Below are positions 31,186 through 40,686 of a stretch of 64,000 nucleotides of DNA, piece after piece (positions within the stretch are counted from its first letter, which is position 1; each line of letters starts with the position of its first letter). This DNA comes from an uncultured delta proteobacterium. Its GTDB lineage: Bacteria > Desulfobacterota > Desulfobacteria > Desulfobacterales > QNYZ01. The DNA lies in assembly GCA_963845145.1 (NCBI GenBank), contig CAWJQU010000002.1, positions 480,001 to 544,000 of the forward strand, in the 5' to 3' direction. Position numbers and translations under genes: made by a program. The notes below the pieces were generated by a model, which saw only the letters and a program-made list of their open reading frames with translations, searched no databases and was not told the origin of the DNA.

Positions 31186-32064
31186 TTGCTTAAATATATA
31201 AAAAAAGCCTTCTTCTATCACTGGAACCTGCTTGCAGTGGGTTCTGGAATCGCAGCGGGAATCATTTCAGGCCAACCGGATGTGTTCCTGCCCATTCTCG
31301 CAGCACTGGAAGTCGGCTATCTCGCCCTTTTATCCTCCCGTCGCCGTTTCCAGGAAGCAGTGAACGCTGAATTACATAAAAAAATAAAAGGAGACGATAC
31401 GTTATCATCCGACCAGAGAATCAGGCAAATATAACGACTTTGAATAAGTCCGACCGCACGCAGTATGAACAGCTGAAAGAGATGTGTCTCCGATTGCAAA
31501 ATATTTCAAGACGGGTCAAAAGAAGTCACGGAAACGACCATGCCCGCGATGTCCGGCGTACATGTAGACAGTATTAATCGCCTGTTATGGATCTATTTGA
31601 AACTCCTTTACTCTAAAAATGCGATGGACACTTTCTTTCAAGACCATTGATGTAGACGGCATCAAGTCACGTATCGAGCGTACGCTGAGCCGCCTGGAAA
31701 AGATGGGACCCGGAAAGATCAAGACGGAGAAAATCAAGCGCTGCGACGAAAATCTCTGAAGGATACACTTGCCACCGCTCGCAAGCGGCTGAAAAACTAT
31801 GAAACATCGGTTGAGAATTATGAATTTATAGAGTTGGAACTGGAGCGGCTCTATTCTAAAATTGCCAGTCTGGCGGAGATGGGAATAAACCGACAGGACC
31901 CAAATTTAATCAATAGCGAAATTGATGTGGTTTCTTCTTCCATCGAAAAGACGGAAAAAGCCATGAACGATTTAGATTTTATTACCGGGATTCCCATTCA
32001 GGACGAAGAGCCTCCGGCACTACTTGAAACGCATTATCGACCCGATGAAGTAATACGTAACTAA
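31186..32064 (+). CDS. Uncharacterised 2TM + cytoplasmic coiled-coil protein of about 292 aa, four frameshifts
   Basis: ORFs 31186..31434 and 31834..32064 share a frame; indels near 31430 (-1), 31520 (+1), 31637 (+1), 31714 (-1) sum to zero and restore a continuous helical protein (SINRLLWIYLKLLYSK...RRKSLKDTLATARKRLKNYE...ELERLYSKIASLAEMGINRQDP). Confidence 0.72.
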
Positions 32065-32115
32065 AATTCCTATCTACCAAGGAAACATACTGATAACACC
32101 CTAAAGAGGATTACC

Positions 32116-33873
32116 TTGCCAAAACAATCATCAACCGAATTTAAAGCGAATTTTCCACGGATGGGTCGAATCAATACAGGACGCCCACCTGGGGGCGCAT
32201 CCCAGACCTTTATCCTGCACGGAAACGTCAATGATCTTATTCCTATAAAAAGTGCGGATGAGACGACCTACGCCATGCTTCCCGAATTTTTATCATCGCA
32301 GGTTTTTGGTGTATGGGATATGGTCATATACTACGACCAGGTGCGCGGGCCGCGCGCGTTGACCCGCAATCAATCGAAACTTTCCCAAATCAATCAGAAA
32401 ATTGAACGTTTTATTGGGCCCGTGGAGCGGCTAAAGTCCAAACGCGACCCCGCGGTGGTATTGAATCTTCTGGATCGTTTTCTGGAACAGATTCTGCTAA
32501 CGGAAAAAGAACGCCCCTCTGTGGCTTTGGTTCTGGATTACGCCCATTTTCTCACGCCCTCGACGTCTGTTTCTTACACTTCACGGGAAACGGCTTCAAA
32601 CCTGGCAACGCTTCTCAATTGGGCCAAGAGCCCCTATTTCAAAAAAGCGTCATTTGCCTTTTGCCTGATATCCGAGCGCCTTAACGACCTCAATGCCGCC
32701 ATGGTAAAAAATGCGCATGTGACCAAAATCGAAATCCCTTTTCCCGATAGAGAAGAACGGTTTCAGTTTATCAAGTGGGCATCACGAGGAAATTCCTTTG
32801 ACCGGTTGAGTGACTTTAATATGGATGAATTGGCGCGGATGACGCCGGGTCTGATACTCATCCATCTTCAAGGTTTGATGAAGCGGGCGGCTCGCACCGG
32901 GAAACGAATGACTCGAAAAGCGCTCAAGGGTTTCAAGAAAAATATGATCGAGAGTCAATGTGAGGGACTGGTTGAATTTATCGAACCGAAACACAACCTC
33001 GATCAGGTGGTGGGACATGAAGCAGCAAAAAAACGCTTGAGCGAAGATGTTCAGCTGATTCAGAAAGGCGATATTGACGCAGTCCCCATGGGATATCTCA
33101 TTTGCGGTCCGGTTGGAACCGGTAAAACCTTTCTGGCCGAATGTTATGCGGGGACGGTCGGAATCCCCTGCATGAAACTGCTGAACTTTCGATCAAAATA
33201 TGTGGGTGAAACGGAAGGGAATCTGGAAAAAATATTTAAAGTGCTACGTGTTATGGGACCTGTGGCCGTTATTATTGACGAGGCGGATGCGATGCTCGGC
33301 AACCGCGAGATGGAAGGCGATAGCGGTACTTCCGGTAGGGTTTTCGGCCAATTCGCAACCCAGATGGGTGATACCGCATATCGGGGAAATATCATCTGGT
33401 TTTTGTTAACCTGCCGTCCCGATCTTCTACCCATAGATTTAAAACGGCAGGGCAGGTGCGAAGTCCACATTCCGCTTTCAATACCCGATACGCCGGAACA
33501 GATAAACGGGATGTTTCTTTCAATGGCCGGCAAAAACAATATTGATTTCAATCTGGATAGTATCCCTGATATTCCCCCAGACATGAAGTTGAGCGGAGCG
33601 GATATTGAGGGGATTGTCATGCGCGCAAGGAGAATTGCGCTTCTAGCAGGAGAAACCTCCGTAAATAAATCGCATCTGGAATCCGCTTTTTTAAAATTTA
33701 TTCCCTCGGCGGATACCGATGAGAAACAACTGCAACTCCTTGCCGCCGTTCTTGAATGCACGGACATCAGTTTTCTACCCAAGGAATTCAAAACGGAAAT
33801 AATGGGTGGAAAAGGCCGGACGGCGCTGTTGGCGCAATTTAAAAACTTGAAACAGGCTATGGCGATGGGGTAA
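32116..33873 (+). CDS. Classical-clade AAA+ ATPase with degenerate N-terminal ATPase-like domain
   Basis: Walker A GPVGTGKT, pore loop SKYVGE, Walker B VIIDEAD, SRH TCRPDLLPIDLKRQGR, SGADIEGIV. Confidence 0.92.
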   Translation: MPKQSSTEFKANFPRMGRINTGRPPGGASQTFILHGNVNDLIPIKSADETTYAMLPEFLSSQVFGVWDMVIYYDQVRGPRALTRNQSKLSQINQKIERFIGPVERLKSKRDPAVVLNLLDRFLEQILLTEKERPSVALVLDYAHFLTPSTSVSYTSRETASNLATLLNWAKSPYFKKASFAFCLISERLNDLNAAMVKNAHVTKIEIPFPDREERFQFIKWASRGNSFDRLSDFNMDELARMTPGLILIHLQGLMKRAARTGKRMTRKALKGFKKNMIESQCEGLVEFIEPKHNLDQVVGHEAAKKRLSEDVQLIQKGDIDAVPMGYLICGPVGTGKTFLAECYAGTVGIPCMKLLNFRSKYVGETEGNLEKIFKVLRVMGPVAVIIDEADAMLGNREMEGDSGTSGRVFGQFATQMGDTAYRGNIIWFLLTCRPDLLPIDLKRQGRCEVHIPLSIPDTPEQINGMFLSMAGKNNIDFNLDSIPDIPPDMKLSGADIEGIVMRARRIALLAGETSVNKSHLESAFLKFIPSADTDEKQLQLLAAVLECTDISFLPKEFKTEIMGGKGRTALLAQFKNLKQAMAMG

Positions 33874-33957
33874 TCGGGAACATCGCCTAAGAATAGCGAT
33901 CCTCTTCATTTCGGCCTCGTAGCCTAATATGGGCTAAGCCCTGACGTTGTGCATCTT

Positions 33958-34830
33958 TTATCTAATTCTCTTCATAACCAGGATGTTCCCCCCAAGAATC
34001 AGCATGACACCGATGGCGGCCGAAATAGTCCACACGTACCCTTCCCAAAACGTAGAAATACCCAGTGCAATCAGAGGAAAGAGCAACGTAGCATAGCCGG
34101 CCCGATCAGCACCGATTCGGCCCACAAGAGTAAGATAGCATCCAAACGCAACCACGGACCCGAACACCGCTAGATAGACCAAGGCGCCAACGTAAACAGC
34201 TGATGTGTTAAAGGTAAACGGCTTACCCATCCAAAGGGCCAGAATAATAAGGCTGCCGGCCCCGTAAGTCATCCCATAGGCGTTGGCTTGAATCACGGGC
34301 AACCGGTATTTCTGGTTGCGGGCGGAGATAATATTGCCCAAAGAGGCGAGGAATGTGGCAACCAAGCCGAGTAGCAAGCCGCGAAAGCCGGCGTCGGAAA
34401 GGCTAAAACCACTCAACTCGGGCCAAAAAACAAAACAAATGCCCACAAACCCAATGCCCGCACCCAAAACCACCTGCAATCTCACCGGCGACTTTAAGAA
34501 TATCGCCCCGTTAATAATATTCATCACAACGATGGTGGAGAAGATCACGGCCACCAGCCCGCTGGCCAGATACAGTTCCGACATGTAGAACAGCCAATAA
34601 TTGAAGGCAAACAGACATAGGCCCTGAAGCGCAAAGAAAAGGTGGTCGGTAAAGGCAAACCGCATGGGTCGCCGGGAGACCAGGCAGTAAAACAGCAATA
34701 AACCCGCTGCCAGGACGAATCGATAGACAACGGAAATAAGGGGGTCTACCGCACCCAGTTGAAACGTAATGCCTACCCAGGTTGTTCCCCAGATGAAAAT
34801 GGTTACCAGATATAAAATGGTATTTTGCAT
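33958..34830 (-). CDS. EamA/DMT family transporter
   Basis: IWGTTW, SVVYRF, YLAVFGSVVAF, RIGADRAGY; about 10 TMs. Confidence 0.92.
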   Translation of the reverse strand: MQNTILYLVTIFIWGTTWVGITFQLGAVDPLISVVYRFVLAAGLLLFYCLVSRRPMRFAFTDHLFFALQGLCLFAFNYWLFYMSELYLASGLVAVIFSTIVVMNIINGAIFLKSPVRLQVVLGAGIGFVGICFVFWPELSGFSLSDAGFRGLLLGLVATFLASLGNIISARNQKYRLPVIQANAYGMTYGAGSLIILALWMGKPFTFNTSAVYVGALVYLAVFGSVVAFGCYLTLVGRIGADRAGYATLLFPLIALGISTFWEGYVWTISAAIGVMLILGGNILVMKRIR

Positions 34831-35004
34831 GCCCTTGACCGCTCCTTTGTTTCGGGCACTATACCACATCGATTCAATCGAGGGACGGGAAATCGTCACT
34901 TGACTCAAAGGAACCTCATCCTGTAATGAAAATGGTCATACTGGTGTTTCCAGTCTGAATCAGGTTGATCGAGAACCTTACCTTAGCGGCCAAAGGTATC
35001 CGCC

Positions 35005-36525
35005 ATGTCCATTTCTCTGCCCGGCTTACTGACTCAATTCGAATCGGACATGATTCGTCAATGGGTGCATCTTTTGCGCACGGAATGCGGCGAACAGTAT
35101 GCTTCCCGGACAAAAGAGGAACTATACGCTACCGTATCCCAGGCCTACGCCGCCAATTATGAATTCCTCACAAATCACAATCTTCGCCCCATCGACAATT
35201 TTATCGACATCATTACCCGTATGCGCCTGGACGCCGGATTCAAGCTGTCGGATGTCCAAAAAGCATTCGAGCTGTTTCGAAACATCATTATTGCCATGCT
35301 GCTGGAACATGGCATCGCCGACGAGCTGAATGAAAACATCGCCAGGGTCAATCAATGTCTGTCCTACACCATCCACCGCTTCAGCGATTATTTTCAGATG
35401 ATGCATGAAACAGAGATCCTGGAACAAAATCGACAACTCGAGGAAACCATAAAACGGCGAACGTCCGACCTGGCGGAATCTCAGAAAAAATATAAAACCC
35501 TGGTGGAAGAGATCAACGACGGCTATTTTGTGATTCAAAATGAGCTGGTTGTTTTTGCCAACCAGGCCTTCTGCCGGATGCACGGCTATGAACTTCACCA
35601 GGTGATGGGAAAAAATTTCAAGGATTTTGTGGCCGCCGCTGACCGATCAAAAGTATTGGATATCTACCGCAAAAGCCTTGGCACGCTGCCGGTTCCGAAA
35701 GTTTTTGAATATCAACGACTCACTCAAGATGGCCGAACCTACCCCACTGAAATTCAGGCCAAGCGGGCTCAATTTGATCATAAAAATTCTAATATCGGCA
35801 TCTGTAGGGATATTACGAATCGGGTGAGAATGGAGGCCCGGGTCCGTGAAAATGAGCGGATGGCCTATATCGGACATATCACCGCCTCTTTGTCCCATGA
35901 AATCCGCAACCCGCTGTCCGCGGTAAAATTAAACCTGCAGATCCTGGCGAAAAACGAAAAAATTAAAGGCAATGACCAGCGCCGGATACGCATCTCGACG
36001 GATGAAGTCATTCGCCTGGAAAAAATTCTAAGCCAGCTCCTCGATTTTGCCAAACCCATACAGTTAAATAAAATCCCGTCGCGGCTGGAGCGAATCGCTA
36101 TCGATTTTACCGATCTTTTGGAAATGCAGTTCAGAGAGAAAAATCTGACCATTGACACTCAATATGATCCGAATATGCCGGCGGTAGACGTGGATCGCGA
36201 GAAAATCGGCCAGGCCGTGATCAACATTCTTTTAAACGCCATTGATGCCTCCAAAGAAGGCGATGTGATCAGGATTCAAACACAGTATAAAGAAGGTGAA
36301 AAAGCGTCGCAGGCCGAAATCATTTTCGAGGATCAGGGACACGGTTTTTCACCGGACATCGAGGATGAACTATTTAAACCTTTTTTCACAACGAAAAGCA
36401 GGGGTTCGGGCTTGGGTTTGAGCAATGTCAAACGAATTGTCGAAGCCCACGGAGGCTGGGTGGAAGCAAACCGGAAGGCGACACCCGGATCTACTTTCAA
36501 AATGTGCCTGCCGGTGGGGTGTTAG
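35005..36525 (+). CDS. Cytoplasmic PAS histidine kinase with N-terminal helical (RsbRD_N-like) domain
   Basis: No TM; RMRLDAGFKLSDVQKAF, PAS, SHEIRNPL, NILLNAIDA, GSGLGLS. Confidence 0.9.
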   Translation: MSISLPGLLTQFESDMIRQWVHLLRTECGEQYASRTKEELYATVSQAYAANYEFLTNHNLRPIDNFIDIITRMRLDAGFKLSDVQKAFELFRNIIIAMLLEHGIADELNENIARVNQCLSYTIHRFSDYFQMMHETEILEQNRQLEETIKRRTSDLAESQKKYKTLVEEINDGYFVIQNELVVFANQAFCRMHGYELHQVMGKNFKDFVAAADRSKVLDIYRKSLGTLPVPKVFEYQRLTQDGRTYPTEIQAKRAQFDHKNSNIGICRDITNRVRMEARVRENERMAYIGHITASLSHEIRNPLSAVKLNLQILAKNEKIKGNDQRRIRISTDEVIRLEKILSQLLDFAKPIQLNKIPSRLERIAIDFTDLLEMQFREKNLTIDTQYDPNMPAVDVDREKIGQAVINILLNAIDASKEGDVIRIQTQYKEGEKASQAEIIFEDQGHGFSPDIEDELFKPFFTTKSRGSGLGLSNVKRIVEAHGGWVEANRKATPGSTFKMCLPVGC

Positions 36526-36526
36526 C

Positions 36527-37897
36527 ATGGCAAAAATACTGATCGTCGATGATGAGCATGCCATCTGTGAATCCCTTGACATGTTTCTTCTGGAAAAAGG
36601 GCACCAGGTGCAGAAGGCGACCAATGCCGCAAAGGGGATAGAACGTTTTAAACAGTTTCGGCCCGAGATCGTCATTCTTGATATTCGCCTTCCCGATTTG
36701 AGTGGTCTGGAAGTCCTGGAGAGAATGGTCGATATATACCCGGATGTTAAGGTGATCATGATCACCGCTTACCAGGATATGGAGACCACCATCGAAGCCA
36801 TGAAAAAAGGCGCCTTCGATTATATTCGCAAGCCTTTGGACGTCGATGAGATTGAAAAGGCCGTGGAACGTGCCCTGCGGATTATAAAAGTTGATCGCGA
36901 AACCCCCTGCGTGGACAAACCCCACCGGGCAGAAGAGGCGGGGGTCATTATCGGCCGGTCAGATAAGATGATCGATATATTTAAAACCATCGGACTGCTC
37001 TGCCAAAATCATGCAACCATTCTGATCCAGGGAGAAACCGGAACCGGTAAGGAGTTAATCGCCCGGGTCATTCATCGCAACGGCTTAAACCGTAACGAAC
37101 CTTTTATTGTATTGGATTGCTCGTCGGTGGTGGAAACGCTGCTGGAAAGCGAGTTGTTCGGTCATGAAAAAGGGGCGTTCACCGGTGCGACATCACGCAA
37201 AACCGGGAAAATTGAACAGGCCGCCAAAGGCACTTTATTCCTGGATGAAGTCGCTGAACTTCCCTTAAACCTTCAGGGAAAACTGCTGGGATTTCTACAG
37301 CGCCGGGAGTATACGCGCGTCAGCGGTCAGGAAACCCTTCAATCCCGATGCCGAATCATCGCCGCCTGCAATTGCGATCTATCGGAACGCGTGCGTCAGG
37401 GCAAATTCAAAGAAGATCTCTATTTCCGGCTACGTGTTGTCATGATCACCGTACCACCCTTGGTGGATCGAATATCGGACATTCCACACCTCGTGAACCA
37501 CTTCATTCACAAAATCAGCCTGGAACTAGGGACAGAGCCGGCAAAGCTGCAGCAGGGCGTCATCGACGAACTGTCTACGCACAATTGGCCGGGGAATGTT
37601 CGGCAGCTGGAAAATGCCATAGTCGAAGTTGTTGTCCAGGCTCACGGGAATGTCATTCTCAAGGAGGATATTCAAAAAGTCCTTAAACATGACCAGGATC
37701 TACCCGAATGCGGGATTACATCCTTTTCCTTAGAGCATGTGGAACGTGAACATATCTATAATACCCTATCCCAATTGGGATGGAATCGTAGCCGCACCGC
37801 CCGGGTACTGGGAATTTCTTTGCCCACTTTACGCAGCAAAATTCGTAAATATGATATCAATCCGCCGGATATAATTGCCAATCGTTTGTCGAACTGA
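36527..37897 (+). CDS. Sigma-54-dependent response regulator (NtrC/AtoC family)
   Basis: KILIVDDE, GETGTGKELIA, ESELFGHEKGAFTGA, WPGNVRQLE, TARVLGISLPTLRSK. Confidence 0.93.
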   Translation: MAKILIVDDEHAICESLDMFLLEKGHQVQKATNAAKGIERFKQFRPEIVILDIRLPDLSGLEVLERMVDIYPDVKVIMITAYQDMETTIEAMKKGAFDYIRKPLDVDEIEKAVERALRIIKVDRETPCVDKPHRAEEAGVIIGRSDKMIDIFKTIGLLCQNHATILIQGETGTGKELIARVIHRNGLNRNEPFIVLDCSSVVETLLESELFGHEKGAFTGATSRKTGKIEQAAKGTLFLDEVAELPLNLQGKLLGFLQRREYTRVSGQETLQSRCRIIAACNCDLSERVRQGKFKEDLYFRLRVVMITVPPLVDRISDIPHLVNHFIHKISLELGTEPAKLQQGVIDELSTHNWPGNVRQLENAIVEVVVQAHGNVILKEDIQKVLKHDQDLPECGITSFSLEHVEREHIYNTLSQLGWNRSRTARVLGISLPTLRSKIRKYDINPPDIIANRLSN

Positions 37898-37911
37898 TCA
37901 CCACCGAATAA

Positions 37912-37944
37912 GAAAAATGTTTTCCACCCCTGAAAGAAACTTTC
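37912..37944. promoter_or_regulatory. Putative activator binding sites (two GAAA-N5-TTTC palindromes 20 bp apart)
   Basis: GAAAAATGTTTTC (37912) and GAAAGAAACTTTC (37932), 100-130 bp upstream of the sigma-54 promoter. Confidence 0.5.
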
Positions 37945-38043
37945 TACCTGCATCCGAAGCCGACCACACCTCTTAGAGACGGCCAGCAAATATATTCTAA
38001 GCATCGCAAGGTGTTATGAAAAAATCGGTATCACTCCCCATCC

Positions 38044-38058
38044 CGGCATGGAAGTTGC
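38044..38058 (+). promoter_or_regulatory. Sigma-54 (-24/-12) promoter
   Basis: CGGCATGGAAGTTGC with exact GG-N10-GC spacing, directly downstream of a sigma-54 activator gene. Confidence 0.7.
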
Positions 38059-38148
38059 GTTATACAGTTTACGCGCATATGTCCGACAAAATCATACATG
38101 CTTGCAGCGGGACACCGTTGCATGACACAGCGGAACCAGGATCGGTTC

Positions 38149-38322
38149 ATGAAAATCAAGACCCTGAAACAATGCGAAAAAGACCACTTGTCGACCGTCC
38201 TGGAAAAAACATCCTGGAATATTGATAAATCAGCACATCTTTTAAAAATAACCAGGGAGGAAGTGTTACTCAAAATAGAGGAGTTCGGACTCAGCCAAAC
38301 GAAAAAGCACTCCGCGGGCTGA
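38149..38322 (+). CDS. Small stand-alone Fis-type HTH protein (57 aa)
   Basis: TLKQCEKDHLSTVLEKTSWNIDKSAHLLKITREEVLLKIEEFGL parallels bEBP C-terminal HTH_8. Confidence 0.7.
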   Translation: MKIKTLKQCEKDHLSTVLEKTSWNIDKSAHLLKITREEVLLKIEEFGLSQTKKHSAG

Positions 38323-38445
38323 GAACTACCACGATATGATCATACGGAATTAAAAAGCAACCCGGAGATCATAAAGGGGAAAAATGGATGTTCATCCCAA
38401 ATGCCGTCAATAGCGGCCCTAGCCCCAAAACCATGGAGGTATGAA

Positions 38446-39729
38446 ATGAAAATGGACCGACGTATCAGCCCAAAGATCAAATTGGCAGCCATTTTTTTTA
38501 CCGTCTTGATCCTTACTTACGGGATCTCGGTTGCCGCTGAAAAGCCCATTATACTGGGTGCCCCGCTATCGACCGCCTACCTCTATGGATGGGATGCCGA
38601 GCGCGGCTTCACCTTGGCTGTTGAAGAGATCAACGCGGCCGGTGGTGTGGATGTGGGCGGTAAAAAACGCCCCTTAAAATTAGAAGTCATCGATACGCGG
38701 GACTTAGAACCGGGGGTACCGGTCAGTGAAGCGCTGCTGGCGGTTGAGAAACTGATTTTGGATCGAAAAGCCGATTTTATCGTTGGCGGCCCGGTTCGTT
38801 CCGAAGCTGCCTTGGCAGCCATGTCCCTATTGTCCAAGTATAAAAAAGTATCCATTCTGACCACCGGTGCGCTTAGTCCAGCATATCACGCTACGGTGGA
38901 GAAGCAGTACGATAAATTTAAATACGCCTTTAGAATCCACGGTGAGGCCAAGCAACTGGTCAAAGAGATTCTTACCTGCCTGATCGAAATTCGCGAAAAG
39001 TATGGTCTCAATAAAGTGTTTGTCATGGTTCAGGATGTGGCCCATGCGCGTGCCGCCGGAAAAATTATCAGTAAGGTGGCTGCAGATAAAGGGTTCGATA
39101 TGAAAGGGCTGGAGATTTACCCCACCGGTACGGGAGACTTTTCTCTGGGACTGCTCAAAGCGAAGAAAGAAGGCGCTGAAGTCCTGAACATCTGGATGGA
39201 TATGCCTGAAAGCGCCATTTTGCTCAAACAGTGGTACGATCTGAAAATACCCGCCCTGCCCTTCGGATCTACCCTGGCAGCCGCTGAGCAGCCCGGTTTC
39301 TGGGAGGCCACGGCGGGTAAAGGTCAATATACCCTGGCCAGTGTGGTCAATGCCGGTAATGCCCCTAGCAACGCCACCGAATGGACGATGAAATTTTACG
39401 ATGCCTATACCAAACGATGGGACGTTGAACCGGAAGGGTTGGGGTCCTCCAGCAGCTACATGGCCGTTCATGTATTGAAAGACGCCATTGAAAGAGCCGG
39501 TACTATCGACTCAGATAAAGTGATCACCGCACTGGAACAAACCGACCTGATGGGTGTCTACGGTCGTGTTCGATTCGACCCCAAAAGCCACCAGATTATT
39601 CCGAGTTTTGACCCCAAAGAGGGCGCCGTGGGTACCATTTTCCAATGGCAGGACGGCAAACGGATCGTGGTGTTCCCCAAGAGCATTGCCATGGGAGAGA
39701 TTCAACTGCCACCCTGGATGAAAGAATAG
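38446..39729 (+). CDS. ABC substrate-binding protein (LivK-like fold, probably organic or aromatic acid)
   Basis: Signal peptide, LAVEEINAAGGV, GPVRSEAALA, DAIERAGT, QWQDGKRIVVFP. Confidence 0.88.
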   Translation: MKMDRRISPKIKLAAIFFTVLILTYGISVAAEKPIILGAPLSTAYLYGWDAERGFTLAVEEINAAGGVDVGGKKRPLKLEVIDTRDLEPGVPVSEALLAVEKLILDRKADFIVGGPVRSEAALAAMSLLSKYKKVSILTTGALSPAYHATVEKQYDKFKYAFRIHGEAKQLVKEILTCLIEIREKYGLNKVFVMVQDVAHARAAGKIISKVAADKGFDMKGLEIYPTGTGDFSLGLLKAKKEGAEVLNIWMDMPESAILLKQWYDLKIPALPFGSTLAAAEQPGFWEATAGKGQYTLASVVNAGNAPSNATEWTMKFYDAYTKRWDVEPEGLGSSSSYMAVHVLKDAIERAGTIDSDKVITALEQTDLMGVYGRVRFDPKSHQIIPSFDPKEGAVGTIFQWQDGKRIVVFPKSIAMGEIQLPPWMKE

Positions 39730-39743
39730 AACCGCGCTGAAAC

Positions 39744-39774
39744 GAGATCGGCTATTACCGCAATGGCCGATCTC
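39744..39774 (+). terminator. Stem-loop downstream of SBP gene
   Basis: GAGATCGGCTATT-accgc-AATGGCCGATCTC. Confidence 0.55.
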
Positions 39775-39817
39775 ACCATCGTTTACCTGAAGTGTCTGAA
39801 GCTTATAGGAATATTCC

Positions 39818-40684
39818 ATGGAAATTCTCATCTACGGCACCATCAATTCGGTCGCGCTGGCACTGTATGCGCTTGGTTTCGCTCTAGTATACGGCGTCAG
39901 TCGTCTGCCGAACTTTGCCCACGGTGCATTGTACGTTTTAAGCGGTTTTATTACCTGGACGGTATTGAATACGCTCGGTCTGAATTACTTCCTGAGCATT
40001 CTCGTTGCCCTTACGGCTACGGCTATTATCGGCGCCTTGATTTACCAGTTCGTACTGATTCGCATTCGCGGGATGGAAATATCGGAAATTATCGCGTCCT
40101 ACGCCATTGCCCTGGCTATTCTGGAGGGCATGCGCTGGGCCGGTTTCAGGGGGATGAACTATACGCTTCCGGCTTTTATCGAGGGCAGTACAACGATTGC
40201 CGGAGTCAGTGTCGATTATCACCGACTGATTGTGGTGGCAGCCGGTGCACTGTTGGTGGCTTCCCTATGGTTGTTTACCCGCTACACCCGTCTCGGCTTG
40301 GCCCTGCGCGGCATGGCCCAGGATGAACGGGCCGCGCTCATGCTGGGCATTGATTCGGATCTCATGGCCGTGGTCGCCATGGGGATCGGCTCTTTGATGG
40401 CCGGTATAGCGGCGGCATTACTTCTACCATTGGGAAATATCGTCGTAGAATCCGGATATAATGTCCTCATTTTAGCCATTGCCGTCTGTATTGTCGGCGG
40501 TATCGGTAGTTGGGGCGGTGCGGTTCTCGCGGCCTTTATTATCGGATTCGCCCAGATTTTCACAGAGGTTTTTGTAGGTGCCCATTTTCAAAAAGTGGTC
40601 GCCCTTTTCGCCATTATTGTTACCCTCATTATAAAACCCTCGGGTTTATTCGGCCAACAAAAAGAACTGGAAGAAAGGGTATAA
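39818..40684 (+). CDS. ABC permease, LivH family
   Basis: ALGFALVYGVSRLPNFAHG, GLALRGMAQD, KPSGLFG. Confidence 0.9.
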   Translation: MEILIYGTINSVALALYALGFALVYGVSRLPNFAHGALYVLSGFITWTVLNTLGLNYFLSILVALTATAIIGALIYQFVLIRIRGMEISEIIASYAIALAILEGMRWAGFRGMNYTLPAFIEGSTTIAGVSVDYHRLIVVAAGALLVASLWLFTRYTRLGLALRGMAQDERAALMLGIDSDLMAVVAMGIGSLMAGIAAALLLPLGNIVVESGYNVLILAIAVCIVGGIGSWGGAVLAAFIIGFAQIFTEVFVGAHFQKVVALFAIIVTLIIKPSGLFGQQKELEERV

Positions 40685-40686
40685 TC

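Noticed and set aside
30580..33873. MoxR-VWA chaperone pair
   Set aside because: The ATPase has classical AAA pore-loop and SRH motifs rather than MoxR signatures, and the VWA is predicted extracytoplasmic
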